DNA from: Raillietiella orientalis
Lineage: Eukaryota
DNA: 64,000 nucleotides
Assembly (NCBI GenBank): GCA_036172245.1
Contig: JAYWIR010000012.1
Coordinates: 1,240,001 to 1,304,000, forward strand
Direction of reading: 5' to 3'
The notes under the pieces were generated by a model. It was not told where the DNA came from and did no database searches. It was given only the letters and a program-made list of their open reading frames with translations. This document shows positions 12,666 through 25,338 of this stretch, one piece after another (within the stretch, counting starts at the first letter, position 1; every line of letters starts with the position of its first letter). The position numbers and the translations under genes were made by a program.

Positions 12666-15600
12666 GCGCTGAATAGGGCAAATAGGACGAGTTGGTGCAC
12701 TTCAGACGATGGAGCTGAGTCTCTAATCGCTGTGCTGCTACGTTTCAAAAACTAAAAGAAACAGATTGCAGGTTCTTTTTCAGCCACGTCCTTCACGGTC
12801 AAGATCGCTCTGAAAACATTGAAACGGCCGGCACTGAACCCAAAGGGATGCATCAGGCCAGAAGTGAATAGATGCAGCTAAGTAGCAGGAGAAAAAATCA
12901 GAATGTTCATGAAGGAGCAGATCAGTTGAAGATGGCATGAGTTCAAAACCTCGTTTCTTTCTCGCTTTTGCCATTTCGATCTCTACATCTCTGCTTTGCA
13001 TTACCTGACTCTCTCAATGGCATTCTAGAAGGATAGGTTTGCTACTAGAAAACCTTTCTGTTTCAAGTACATTTACATCCTTCCGTCTCCTAGGAGGCCA
13101 GTACCAAGGAAGGTTGATACCATTCATTTCATGAAAACGGGAACTGAACATTCTTGTTACTGGAATGTCTTCTTCTTCACCATGAGCTTGGTAAAAGAGA
13201 TATATGCTTCTCGTGCTGAGATCCTTGCATCTTGACTCCATCACGATTTTCCATGTGGCATTTGAGGTCTCTGGTCATGAAGAACAGTGACACACTGAAA
13301 ACGACAGCGGCCTGAAAAAGAAGCGAGCGTTCACTTAGACTCCTTCTATGATCTTCATGTTGTTCTTGTATTGGATTTCACTCTCAGTGCATTCAGCGGA
13401 AAATTCACGATGGATCTTCCAAACATCATCTCACCTTCTTGTTTCCGAACTCATGTTTCTAGCAATCTTTTTTCTCCTAACTTGACTTCCTTGTCGAAGT
13501 TTCACGCGCACCTATCCTGTAGAACAAGGGGAACCCTGGTCTGGCAATCTACAGTACCATGGATCAATTCGGAGCCTTAGGTTGTCTGGTTTCCCTGAGA
13601 TGTGGTAAAACAGTGAACGCTGAATTCGATGCCACCTGTGCAGATCTGCCATTCTCTTCATGCAGTCTTTAAAGTCGAGTTGGTCAGTTTGGAAATCCGC
13701 AGTTTGATTGCATGCCAAGGCGGTCTATGCTTGAGCAGCAGGCACTGCATGAGCCGCAGCAAATTAGGGCACCCAAAACGGATCCAATGAATCATGTCAG
13801 TAGCTAATAAAAAGCGTTACCTCTAGCTATGGCTGCTGCATCTTAGCAAAGGATAAGAAACGAGAATCTCCTCCCATTCAGAGACACTTTGCCGGGCACA
13901 TCACTTGCCGATGTCGTCTTTGCTTCATGACATAACTTGAGGTCATCGATATTCTCAAAGGATCTCTCATCACAAAGATAAGGCAGGATTAATGCAAAGA
14001 GTGACTGAATCCGTGCAACTGCCACTATCTAGAAAGAGATCGTTGAGCGTTTTTGTGAAGAATGACTGAGATTATCTTGCTTCAGAAATCTTCCACCTGC
14101 TTCCAGAACATGGAAACTCTTTGTGCAATGATCGATAAGAGAGCTCATCAGAGGGCAGGTATCAGGAAAGGTTGGCAACAGCATTCTTCAGCAGCATCGT
14201 TATGCTCTCAAGGCTGAAACTCCTTCCCGCCATTTGTTGAAGAAGACCAGCTGGATTCAGATCAATGGGAATCACCTAATCTGACTGTATGCTATCGCTA
14301 GCCTTGCTTCTGGAAAACATGAGGACTCTTGAAAAAACATCTCTCTCGCCGAATTCTTCGTAAACAAATGCTCTGAGAGTTCTATTCTTCTCAAGTCCAC
14401 ATTCCTTTGGCAAACCAAGCTCAGCATGCAGACGGTGATTTGAGGCGTCCAACGTGCCTGCGATTCTCGTGAAGCACTCACGATGCGTGGTGCGTGTGCC
14501 GCGTTTCCCCCTTTCAGGGCAGCATATAGAAACAATCCTCTCGGACGTTTGGAGTTTCATATTCAGCGCCCACTTCGGGATGTCACCTGAAGCCCACGTT
14601 ACATATTCAAATACTGAGATGCTCAAGATCGTTAGTAAAGCAAATAGAGGCAAATTGAATTTCGTATCGTTCGATCCTCAGGCATATTCCGATCTCAGGA
14701 GCATCTTGAGCAAACTCTCCATCCCCGTGCATGCATGCAACAACGATGGAATTGCTAATTGTGCATCCCAAAGAAACCATTGCACGAGTTCTTCCGTGGC
14801 ATGCCTACTGATGACGGGAAGGCGAGACGCCATCCTTGTCAGCAGAAGCATGCGATCCATCCTGACGGGATTGGGAGTCTCTGAAAGTGGAAGGCGACTT
14901 CTGATGTGTCCAGACGTGGACATCTTAGATGCACCTTGCCCGGAGTGTGCCAAATCCCAGGATTTGAGAATAGCCTTCACCTTATGGTGGATTGAATGGG
15001 AATGAGTGATTACTCAGTATTGAGGAAGTCTTTATGATGTTTGAGGTGGTGACTTATAGATATCGGATGTTGGGACAGTTGGTTAAAGGTGACAGTAAAG
15101 GTAGAGAGAGATGAAGAATGGCTATCGTTAATAATTTTAAACTCTTTCAGTGCCAGCAAGAGAGATTGCTATTGGGATTGCTGTAGAGGCAGTTGAAAGG
15201 TTTCCATTATCTATTATGGAAAACCATGTGGCGATTGCAGGGATGGTCATTGATTGAATATTATCTAGGGAGAAGAGATAAATGGTAAGAAGTTGAAGTG
15301 TGATGATGGTGATGATAGGATTGAAATCTATGAGAAGTTTGATGATGAGGAACGAAGTTATACCGCTCAGCCTCTTCAGCCTCTGGTGGAAATCAGGAGA
15401 CAACGTTGAAACAGCGGAAATAAGGACAGCCACCGCCAACAAACTAATGCAAATCAGAACCAGAACACGAGCTGATTCATCTCTAAGCAAGAGTTGCTGA
15501 GGTTTTCCTCAGGGACGAAATGATACCGTTGATGCTGGCTACCAAGCTGCACCCCTGCCGAAGGGCATCGCGGAAGCACTTGTCGTCTGCTCAGCTACTT

Positions 15601-18600
15601 CAGATCTATCCGCAACGCAGCATCAGTCTGCTGGCGGCTCACTTGCAAGAACTCCTTTCCAGGAAACAAAAGACTGCAGCCGGCTGAAAAATCGAAACTG
15701 GCGAGCTCTTTAGGGTTCGTCTCTGGATGTCCTCCGTTCGATCCAGAGGAAAATTCTTCAGCCGACGGATCCTGGATTATTTTCTCGGGGTAAAGTGGAA
15801 AAATAATTGGTTCTCTGAGCCATCCTTCTACGAGACGAGCGCTTCTATCGATTGTTTTTAATTCGGAAGTGTCGAACGTAACGATTATAAAGAATCACCC
15901 TTGAGGAGTTGGTCTCGAACTTTCCCAACTCCAGTTCATCAGGATCTTCCAAGGCCTATTTATCAACACCAGCCTCTGGACCCTTTTTAATCTCTCTGCA
16001 TCATAATAGCTAATCGAATCCTTCCACTTCGCTGGCACTTTCTTGCCGTCGCAAGACCGTTCGCTCTTCGGCCGCGGCGTGGGCGAGGTCTGCGGCGTCA
16101 CCACACAGCAATCCACCTCGGAGCCATCCTAAAACTCTGCCTCCCGAAGCACACCGCGGGTGTTTGCGGCGGCTCGCTGCTTCATACAAATGAGCTTGCA
16201 TCTCCTCCAGCTCCCTTTCGGGAGAGACCCAGGCAGAAGAGTCTACCTCGCTGAAGAGGACCTCGAGTTTCGAGGTCGTCTCCAGAAAACGGAAACTCAC
16301 CGCACGGTCTTCTTGCACCGTCACGAGTCTGGGCAGAGGCGAACACGCATGTCGCGTGCCGTCTTCCAGGAAGCCTTCCGGCGAATCTTCGGACCTCGTT
16401 GGCGCGCGAGGACGCCCTCAATCCGAGAGCCCTCAGAAGCAGTCCGACCCGGTGTGCCGAGAGAGGGTCATCCACGAGCTTGCCGGCAGAGGCAGTCGCG
16501 CAGCCTCCTCCCGTTTAGCCACTGCCTCCTTGATCCCAAGTGCGCCCTCCTGCCAAGAATCCGGCGGTGACCTCTCTCTGCAGGTCGCCGCGGCCTCGAG
16601 CTGAGGCAGAGTCTGTCGGGGTCATCCTTGGCCGTACCGGAGACGCTGTCCAGGCACCACGCTCCCCTTACCCTCAAAGCATATCCTGCCGTAGCGTGAG
16701 AAAAAGCCCTTGGGGAACAGGAAGGGAGCGAGCCCGCATCGCCTCCCCAGAAGCTCCCGTTACCATGCTCTCTCGTGTGTCGGCTCGGAAAGGACGCTGC
16801 GAGCGGGCGAAGCGAAGCACTGAAGTTCGAATCGAGCCCGGAGGTGTTTCTTTCTCTTTGTCCAGAATACTGAGCTCTCCTCCTGCTCCAATAGAACGCC
16901 GGATTCCGTGTGGATCTGGCAGGAACTCCCCTCTGGCTCTTCTTTCCGAGACTCATCTACTGGCAACTCCCGCCGACCACCCCTCTGGGGAGGACCTCGC
17001 GCAGAAAGCGGGGAAGAGGCCAGAGGAACGGGAAGTTTCCAGGACCGAAGTTCGCCGCTTTCGGACGGGCGTGCGTCTAGAGGAAAAACCGCCACCCACT
17101 CGGGCGGCGGTTTTTCGTCCCGCGCAAGGATCCCTTCCTGACGGCGGGAGATTCCCAGGAGCGAGAAAAGGGGAGGAGGAGGAGGAAACAAAGTGGAGGA
17201 AATGCCCCCTCACGAGGCGCCCGCAGCTGTCGTGGGCCGCGAGGACCCCGGCTCCACGGATGAGTTGAGGCGCCGCTCCACTCGATCGAGCAGGCGGCGC
17301 AGACGAATCGAAGGTGCTGCCTCCGGAAAATTGGAACGGACGCTGCGTGCATGTGCGACCCGCAGCTCGCCGCCCGCTCCGGTTTCCGCGGCCCGCGGTC
17401 CCGCTGCTCCCTGGAGCGAATGCTGATCTCCTCTAAGAAAGTCAAAAGAGTTTCCTAGGGTCTCTCCCCCTACCCGGAGAGTTTCTCTTCTTTTGCCCGC
17501 ATGGCAGCGCGACGAGTGCGCGCGCTCGTGCCGCCGTCGACCCTGCTGCTGCTTTTTTCACCGGATCAGAAATGAACTCATGAGTTAAGGATGCGGTTCC
17601 CAAAAAAGTGCAAAAGGAAGTTCACCGAGAGTGACCATCAGCACGCAAGCTGGCTTTCAAGGAAGTCTGGAGCGGGAGGGAGAGGACAGTAAAGAAGAAA
17701 GGGAGGGTAGGGAGTCTGGCATCAGCCACCCATTCCTTCCAGGAATCGCAGCTGAATGTGAATGGCGGTGGTTTCCTTGGCGACTTTTACTCCAGGTGAG
17801 GCCACCTCGCAGCTGTCCTCATGTGGGTGGACGCCATGCGGGTGGCCTCCTTTCGCCGGGCCCGAGACGGGTGATCCGTGACCGTGGCGGGGGCGCAGCA
17901 TCTTGTCGTGATCATAGCACTCACGAAGAATCCCCGCAAGTTTGCGGCGGCGTGCTCGGGGTGAAGGAGGATCCGCCAAAGTTCCTCGAGGGTGCTGCAG
18001 TCCTTTATTAGCGTGGGGGCGCGGGTACCCCTGAAACGAGGGACCTTCGCCCGAAACCCCGGCACAGAAGCACAGCAGGGCGTCCCATCTCCACATCAAG
18101 GAGAACGCCGAAGCGACCACACGCAAAAGAGGCACCACGAGCTCTTCTAGGGGACGCGCTGGGACGGCCGCCTTACTGAAGCATCCCCTTCACCTTAGAA
18201 CGAGAAGCAACGCCGTCCACCACTCGCCCGCCATCCAGCCACCTTGGGGAGCTTCTAGGCTTCTGCAACGGTGCAAGAAAACTCCCACTTTGCCGGCTAG
18301 GCAACTGCTGCTGTTTGCTCTCTGAGCAAGCAGCGCCTCGGTAAGGCGGCTATCCGGGACCACTGTATTCGGTCTACGGTCCTGCATTACTTCTTTTAGA
18401 GGGCCGTGGAGGAGGGTTCGCCAAGGAGCGCACTTCCAGCGTGGACTCCACCGTCTCCTGCATCCAGGCATCTTGGTTGGCGGGAGATCCAGGGAATGAT
18501 TGGCTTCCAGGAATGTCTCCGGGCACCTCATGAGGAATTCTCGTCCTTTTCCAGCTGCTCCTCCCTTCACTGCCGGCACCTCGCTGGGGGACGCGGCGGG

Positions 18601-21118
18601 CTGGCGCAGACCACGCGGAAGTCAGAGATGTAGCGTGGAGCGTCAACTGGCAAAACTGCTCCCGCAGTCTTACTTCTTCAAAGATCAGAATGTCCGAGGA
18701 CGCCTCTGTGTGCGCACTCCATTGGCTCCTCCATTCCGAACCTGATCTCCCCACGAACGGCACCGAGCCACCTGCGGGAAGTCCCACAGCCGCCCCGTTC
18801 CCAGCGTTGGACTCCTTCTCCTTGCACGAGGGGATCCACCGCCGTCTGTGCTGACCTTGGCTGGGGAGAGGACACGGAAGCAATTTCGTCCGCAGTTCGA
18901 GGGGGCAGGCCCTGCCCCGGAGGGAGCCACGCACATCCTTAGCGATCACCAGGATGAGCCATGTGTCTCGGAGCCGCTCTGGCGCATCCCATTCGGGAAG
19001 TTTCCCTTCCGCCTGCCCCATTTGCAAAAGAGAGCCAGCTCCCGAGGGAGGCCGAGCACGGGCTTCCAGGAAGAAGAAAGCCGATCGGTTCCTGTAGGAG
19101 GGTCGAGGACCGGTCGGAAAGACCTTCAAAGTCGGCTGCGCCCGGCACTCCCGAAGGGCTCGCTGGCTGCTCGGACAGCCCGAATGGGAGAAAAGGGAAC
19201 AGTGGGAGACCCTCTTCCCTTTCCCTTTCCACTACCCTCTGCCGAATCTCAGACTGCGGGCGCATGCGCGAATTCCTTGGGTTTTTTTTTCTTGGCCTAC
19301 GAATGAAGCATTCCTTTGAAGGGATGGGTTCCCTGGAGGCGCGTCTCCCGTCCCTGCTCTCTGGCAGGCAAGAGCAGAGAACGCCCTACGGGATCTATCT
19401 CGAGGCTAAACTTCGGGATGACCCCTAAGGCGGCAATGGCGCCAACTCACATTTGCAAGGTCAAATCCCGCACTGCTTCCGGACGCCAGGGCGGGAGAGT
19501 CGCTGAGTGACCACGGAGGCCTCTCGGACAGGGATCTGGAACGGCTTCCCAGATGCTCCCTTTCACGCCTTGAAGGGGCGCAGGAAGCGACCTGGAGGCT
19601 TCGGTCCTTGCCCTTCTGGCGCGTGCCGGTGGTCCCCATCTGCTACCAGCGCACGGGAACTCCCATTCTCACGGGAGACGTCTTCCTCCCTTTTTATGGA
19701 AGCGTTCCATGCGACGGGCAGAAGGTCCCGTTCCTTCTGGAGATCTCGCGGGAAGACCTCGACCTTTCCCGAAGTCTTCCTGACAGTCTCGGCACAGAGG
19801 AGGCTGACCAGGGAGGGATCGTCTCTCGGACATGACTCTCTCTTCCCTTCTGGGGGATCTTTTTTTTTGATGCATCACCACCCCAGACACAAAGACTCCT
19901 TCCTCGGGATGGGTAGGCATTGGGGCTTACTTCACCTCCCTTCCATCCCTTTTCCCCTCCCTGAGAGTTTCAAAAAATCCATGGAATCTTCCGAGCAGGA
20001 GCGGGAGCGGTCGTAGGTTCCCCTCCGTTTGTCCGGGATCGATCAGTTCCCCGTTCAGGATTTCCCCCTCTCTCCGGGAAAGGGGGGATGAGATCGGCCT
20101 GGAATGCCAATGGCGCGCAGCCCTCGTTCTTCCTGCGCCTCCGTTTTCGGGAAAGGGAGCGAGCTCTGCTTTTGCCCCCCGAGGGGTGGGAACTCCAGCG
20201 AAAACTCAGGAGGCTCTCTGAGCCTCCTGGATTCTGAGAAAGACTGCTTTCTGAGACTCTGCTTTCTGGGATGTCTCGGTCACAAAGGTGATGGCTGTCT
20301 ACGCTTTGCCACACTTTCTGGGAGGTTCTTTCGTCTGTGGAGAGGAAGGACGGACTTCCGCCTATTTCAAGGATCGCTGTCCAGGGACGCTTTCTCCTTC
20401 GTCTGGAGGGACTTTCTTCCTAGGTCTGTCGCCCAAGGACTTCCCGGGAGGCAGACTCGGGTTATTGAGAGATGCCCCGGAACTCCTCCTGGATCGCAGG
20501 TCCCACGTTGAGGTCGAGACTCTCTCGAGGACAAAACCCACCAAGCGCTGCTCTCGTTTCCAGGAAATGGGTGCAAAGCACCACGCGCTCCCGGTTGCGG
20601 GAGGAAGGAGATTCAGTAGTCTTCCCACATGCGGGAAGAAAACAACGCCCAGTGAGGACTGAAGGCTTGCTCTCGGCAGGATAAGAGCCGGGTGGCGCGT
20701 CCTTCCCCGGTCCAGGACGACCCACCCCGTTCCATAAGAGATCACTCCTGTAGTTTTCCCCGTCCCAATGCCTTGCTGGTCTCTGAAGCCGAACTATAGA
20801 GATCCCACACGACCGGGAATTGCAAGCAGACACTTCCCAGGGATCGGAATTTCCGTTCCCTCAGTTCCATCGATCCCATCTTTCTATCCCGAGGCGTCTC
20901 ACCTTCCTCATTCCTTCCTCATCTCCCATCAGCCGGTTCCTGGGAGACAGCACAGCTGCAGGTGATCGGCTGCACCAGCCTTCACCCCTTTCAACCCTCA
21001 AAGGAGTTTGTTGTGGTGATTGGTGCCCAATCGGAGCAGTGGGAGCGTCCGCGCGAGTCCCTGGCTGAGGAGAGATGGGTCACTCCTGTCTCGCCACTGA
21101 TTCACGGAGACCCTGTGA

Positions 21119-21155
21119 GAACTCAGAGTTCACTCAGAGTTCTCAGAGTTCACGA
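21119..21155. repeat. Short tandem repeat (CTCAGAGTTC x3)
   Basis: actcagagttcactcagagttctcagagttcac. Confidence 0.75.
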
Positions 21156-24100
21156 GTGAACGGCGAAGTAATTCGGGAAAGAAAGCAAAAAGGCAAAGGA
21201 AGGAAGGGGAAGGCTGCAAAAGGAGGCTGGAGGTGCCGGTCTTGCCCTGAGCGAATCGACGAGGGCGAAGGGGCGGACGAGTCTGAGAAGGCGCTTGCGC
21301 TCCTTCTCAGCTTCCCTTCTCCCTGCGAGTGGACTCCCGGCGTGAAACACCGAATAGATGGGCGGAGGGAATCGTGTCCGGGACGTCTAGGGCTCTGGGG
21401 AAACAAAGGATTTCTGACCCCTCTGTCGCTCAATGAGCGCCACTGCCTCCACCTCCAGGCCTCTTGGTCGCCAGTCTCTCGCACCTCCTCTTCCTCTGTT
21501 CTTCCTCCCAAAGAGAGCTCCAGAGCAGGGTCCAGCTCACTCCTATTCGGCCTTCGACCCTCTGACCCTCTGTCCGCCGCGGGGATCAGTCGCGCTCTGT
21601 CTGAGCGCAACTGATCCCCGCGGCGGACCCGAAGACTTGGCGGCCGGAACTGCTGATGGCTGTTGCGCCGAGGATCAGCGCTGAGGAACAGTCGCTGCTG
21701 AGGGGATTCGGTGACGAGGTCCGCTCATGAAGAAGGAATCTGAGCGGCAGTTGCCTCCTCCGCACAGTGGCGGGACGCCTCCTCGTAGTCGGGGAAGGAG
21801 GAAGGGCTCGCCCAGCTTCCCGCGCCACCACCGCAAGAGCTTCCCCGGGATCGGAGCCACGGCCAGCTTAGGGAAGGAAACTTTTTCCACAACCTTTTCA
21901 AGAATTCCACGGAGACGTCCCAAGGAGGCGTCACGGGTCTTCTGCGAGGTCATCTCGGTATCTGAGACCGGAAAGAGAACCACACTGAGATGGAGGATGG
22001 AAGTGCACTTTGGTCAGGGGCGGACAGGCAGCCCTTTGGAACCGCCTTCATTCAGGAAGTCGCTACCGTCTGACCTCCCCTCTCAGCGGTGCCTTCGTGG
22101 GGCCGCCCATGGAGACCGCTCGCTCCGTGCCCACCCCGCGCAGTGAGAAGCAGAGGACCCGCGGGGATTCCGGGAAACGCCAGGATAGGTTTACAGAGCA
22201 GTAAGCCTATCGCGGTGGCCGCTCCCTCTCCCAGGAGAACTTTCCCTTAGGAAGGGCCAAGCAGGATCTCTCTACGGGCCAGCCAGTGCGTCTCGGAGAC
22301 ACCCCTACGGAGGCCAGGCTGGGGTCCACTGGCCCATTAACTTTGCCTACACAGCTCTAGGAAGAAGCTCATGAAAAATCCCAGACCTTCTCTGCCCGGG
22401 GAAACGCACCTTGGGGACGTAGAGCTGGTGGACGGGGTGGCCTCTTCACGCAGACTAAGGCCATTCCATGGGATGTTCGAGGACACTGGATGAATTACGG
22501 CCTGCTGACCATGGCCAGGGGGAGGAGCCACCAAACGCACGGAAGCTGCAGCCTCCCCTGTACGCTGTCAGCATCAGAAGTGGAGGAGCGCAGCTTCTGG
22601 AAGTATTGACGGAGATGAGGCAAGGAAAATCCGACGCGGGTAAGCCGACGTCAGCAGCGAGAGCACCCCTCTACCATGGGGAGGCTCAGAGGTCGCCCAG
22701 AGATCCCACCGGCAGTGAAGACGAGCGCGGGGCCACTCAGCCACAGGATCCCGAAGGAGAGCGCGAGGGTCGACCTTGAAAATCACGAATCCTCCCGGAG
22801 CTGGCGGTGCGGCCAGTTCCGGAAGGCTGGTCCCTTTCCCCATTAGGGACGAATGGGGGAAGGGGAGCGCCCTCTTCTCCGCCCACCCTCGAGAGAAATA
22901 GGCTACGCCCCTCTCGTTCGGGCCTCGGGGAGCTGGTCTCCAAGGAAACCCCCACGTCTTCTTCCTCCTCCTCCCTTCTCCCTCGCTCGTCCATCCCAGT
23001 CAGCACTGGCACCCGACCCTGCTACGGCGAGGGGGCGTCTTGGCGGTTTGGGGTCCCGACCCATTGTCGTTCGAAAAGCACAGGCACTTCCTACCCACTG
23101 GAGCGTGCCGAATAGGCGAATGGGGTCCCTGGTGTCGGGCGGAAGGAGGGCCAGCCCGAAACCCCACAAGGAGGGAATCACTGCCGCCGGGCGCCGAACA
23201 ATTCGCCTTGACAGACGGCGACACGCCTCGACTGCTCCGCGGCTTCCGCGCGGCGAGGCGGATGACGGCCCTTCTCCCTGAGTCCCGGACGCGAGTCACG
23301 TGCAGCTGCTCTCAATGCCCGGCTCGAACAGGCAGGAACAATGGAATCTCAGGTGGAAAATTGCCGTCCTTGAAGGGATGCGAGTTGACCTTTGATGCCT
23401 TCGGTGGCTCGGAAAGGAACGGCGCGTCAGGGCGGGGCGGCGGTCTTTGCCCGCGGCGGTCTTCTGGGCGTGGGCAAAGACCGCATGGGTGCTCTCAAGC
23501 TCTGGGCTACGCGAAGCGCGCGCTTATGAAAAGGGGGTCACTGAAGGAAAAAGATACATCCCACGGGCTCGGCCTGGAATTCCACGGGGGCGCTCGCGCC
23601 CGCAGCTCATGTGTGACGCAAGGGAGTCACCCGCGTTGGTTCCCACCGAACCCTCCATTCCGCGGCGAGGCTCGCTCCCCGAAAAGTACGACATCCTTAT
23701 TGGCAACGCACTCTCTCTTCCTTTGATGGCGGGCATTTATTGTTGCTCCGGATAACTCCTTGATGCTGTGTCTTATTCAGCATCTTGTCGTCACGTCAGA
23801 AATGACAAACGACGTCTCGCAGAGCAACAGCCTGCCCCTCTCGGTGTTTCCACGGAGGCTTATGAGCTCGGCTGCAGATCGTTTCTACTTTCCTCCGCAG
23901 CATCCGGCTCCCAGTCACTCGTTCCCCTGTCTTCCCGGAAACGAGGAAAAATTCCTTGCCTTGAGTGGGTGGCAGGCTGGTCGGTCCTTCAAGAGAAGAA
24001 CTTATAGCTGCGCTGAACGCGCGCGCCGTCGCGGGACGGAGCCATCGTAGTCGGTGCTGGAGTGATGGCGCCCCCTGCACGCGCGGGTATCCTCTGGATG

Positions 24101-25109
24101 AGTCCAAGAGAAGCCGGAGCAGGATTCTTTGTAATCCAGCCCTTTCAGGGAGGATCTCTCTCCTGGCACCCTACAAAGGGGAATGAGGTCAAGGTGCTCC
24201 AGGAGGCCGCCGTAATCGTGGGACGCGCTTGTCCCGCTCACACTCTAAGACGGAGAGAACCCGGGAAATGCTGCGAGAGGTTCACATGGAGGCTCCCCCT
24301 CTTTCAAGGAAGCTCTCCCTTGGGAAAGGCGGTCGCTATTTCGTCCTCTCGGTTTTTGAACACTCCGAGAAAGGCCAGGAGCCACGGAGGATTCCGATGC
24401 GAGCCAGCCAGCGCGTCTCGGAAGGGCCCGCTGCCCCTTCGGACTCCAACCTTCCAAGGTTGGAACTGCGTGGGGAGCCTGCTGCGGCGGGGGGAAGCCA
24501 GACCGAGGCAGCCCGGATGACAAAGCCGTCCTCGAAGAGGACTGCGGTAGAGGCGCTCTCTCTCCGACCAGCAGCCCCCTCGTGGGGCCGACCCTGCCTC
24601 GGGATTCGAGAACGCTATGGATGGATTACGCGGATCGATCGGGTTCCTCTGGGAGCTCCCTGCTGGGACCAAGAGAGCCGGGTTCTCGTCCTTGCGAAGC
24701 CGTCGGCCAGTGTCCGCACAACCTTCCTCTGCGGGCTAGGATGACTTCAGGGGTAATCTTTCCCGCCTCGTTCACCCCAGAGGGAGGAGATACGGAGCAA
24801 AGAAAATGCTGCCGGTGGAGCAGCTGCGCGCCCTGCGGTCGGGCTCCCGCGGCGCTCCCTGCCTCCTCGGAGCGATGACCTTGACACGTGCTGCGACCCC
24901 GGTGTCACCTCTCGTCCTGCAAAGTCGAGCGCCTCGTTGCGTCCAGAACCGAGGTCCAGAACGGCGAAGGCGCTTCCTAGTGGCTACTGAAGGAGTGTTG
25001 AAGAGCCGTTAGCTTCCTTAGAGGGGACCCACGAGGGAAATTCTTTGACACCGTCCACTCACCCAGGGTGCGTGTCAACTCTTCAAGTTACAGGAGGTTA
25101 CTCCAGAGG

Positions 25110-25338
25110 GACCCCCTGTGAATCCAGGAAAGCTTCGGGGAAAGGAGTCCGTTTCTCTCACGCTTGGTGGGAGAACCACGAAGGGAACTCTCGCTCTGAT
25201 GGTTTCCTGTGAATTTTCAGTTAGAGGACAACCCCAAAAGGATGACCCTATGAATCCACGAGGGTTCCGGAAGAAGGAGTCCGTTCCTCTCAGGTTTGAA
25301 GGCGAACCCCGAAGGAAACCCTCGCTCTAGTTGTCTCC
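25110..25338. repeat. Diverged tandem duplication, period ~132 bp
   Basis: TGAATCCA occurs at 25119 and 25251, AAGGAGTCCGTT at 25142 and 25274, and CTCGCTCT at 25190 and 25321. Confidence 0.75.

Noticed and set aside
13060..13110. Minus-strand WPPR...DVNVLE resembling the Tc1/mariner WPxxSPDLNPIE motif
   Set aside because: The match is poor, with no other DDE motifs and no terminal inverted repeats seen.
14560..14600. Minus-strand peptide SGDIPKW resembling negative-strand RNA virus RdRp motif A
   Set aside because: No motif B or SDD follows at a suitable distance in that frame, so it is probably chance.
15137..15490. Hydrophobic 117-aa minus-strand ORF resembling a small membrane protein
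   Set aside because: It has a non-ATG start, and the hydrophobicity comes from ATC-rich low-complexity DNA.
17083..17116. Hairpin GAAAAACCGCC...GGCGGTTTTTC resembling a rho-independent terminator
   Set aside because: The context is eukaryotic and there is no upstream gene. The stem is real but no function can be supported.
17501..17575. Signal-peptide-like mini-ORF MAARRVRALVPPSTLLLLFSPDQK as an alternative first exon
   Set aside because: It reaches a stop with no convincing phase-1 splice donor after the hydrophobic stretch.
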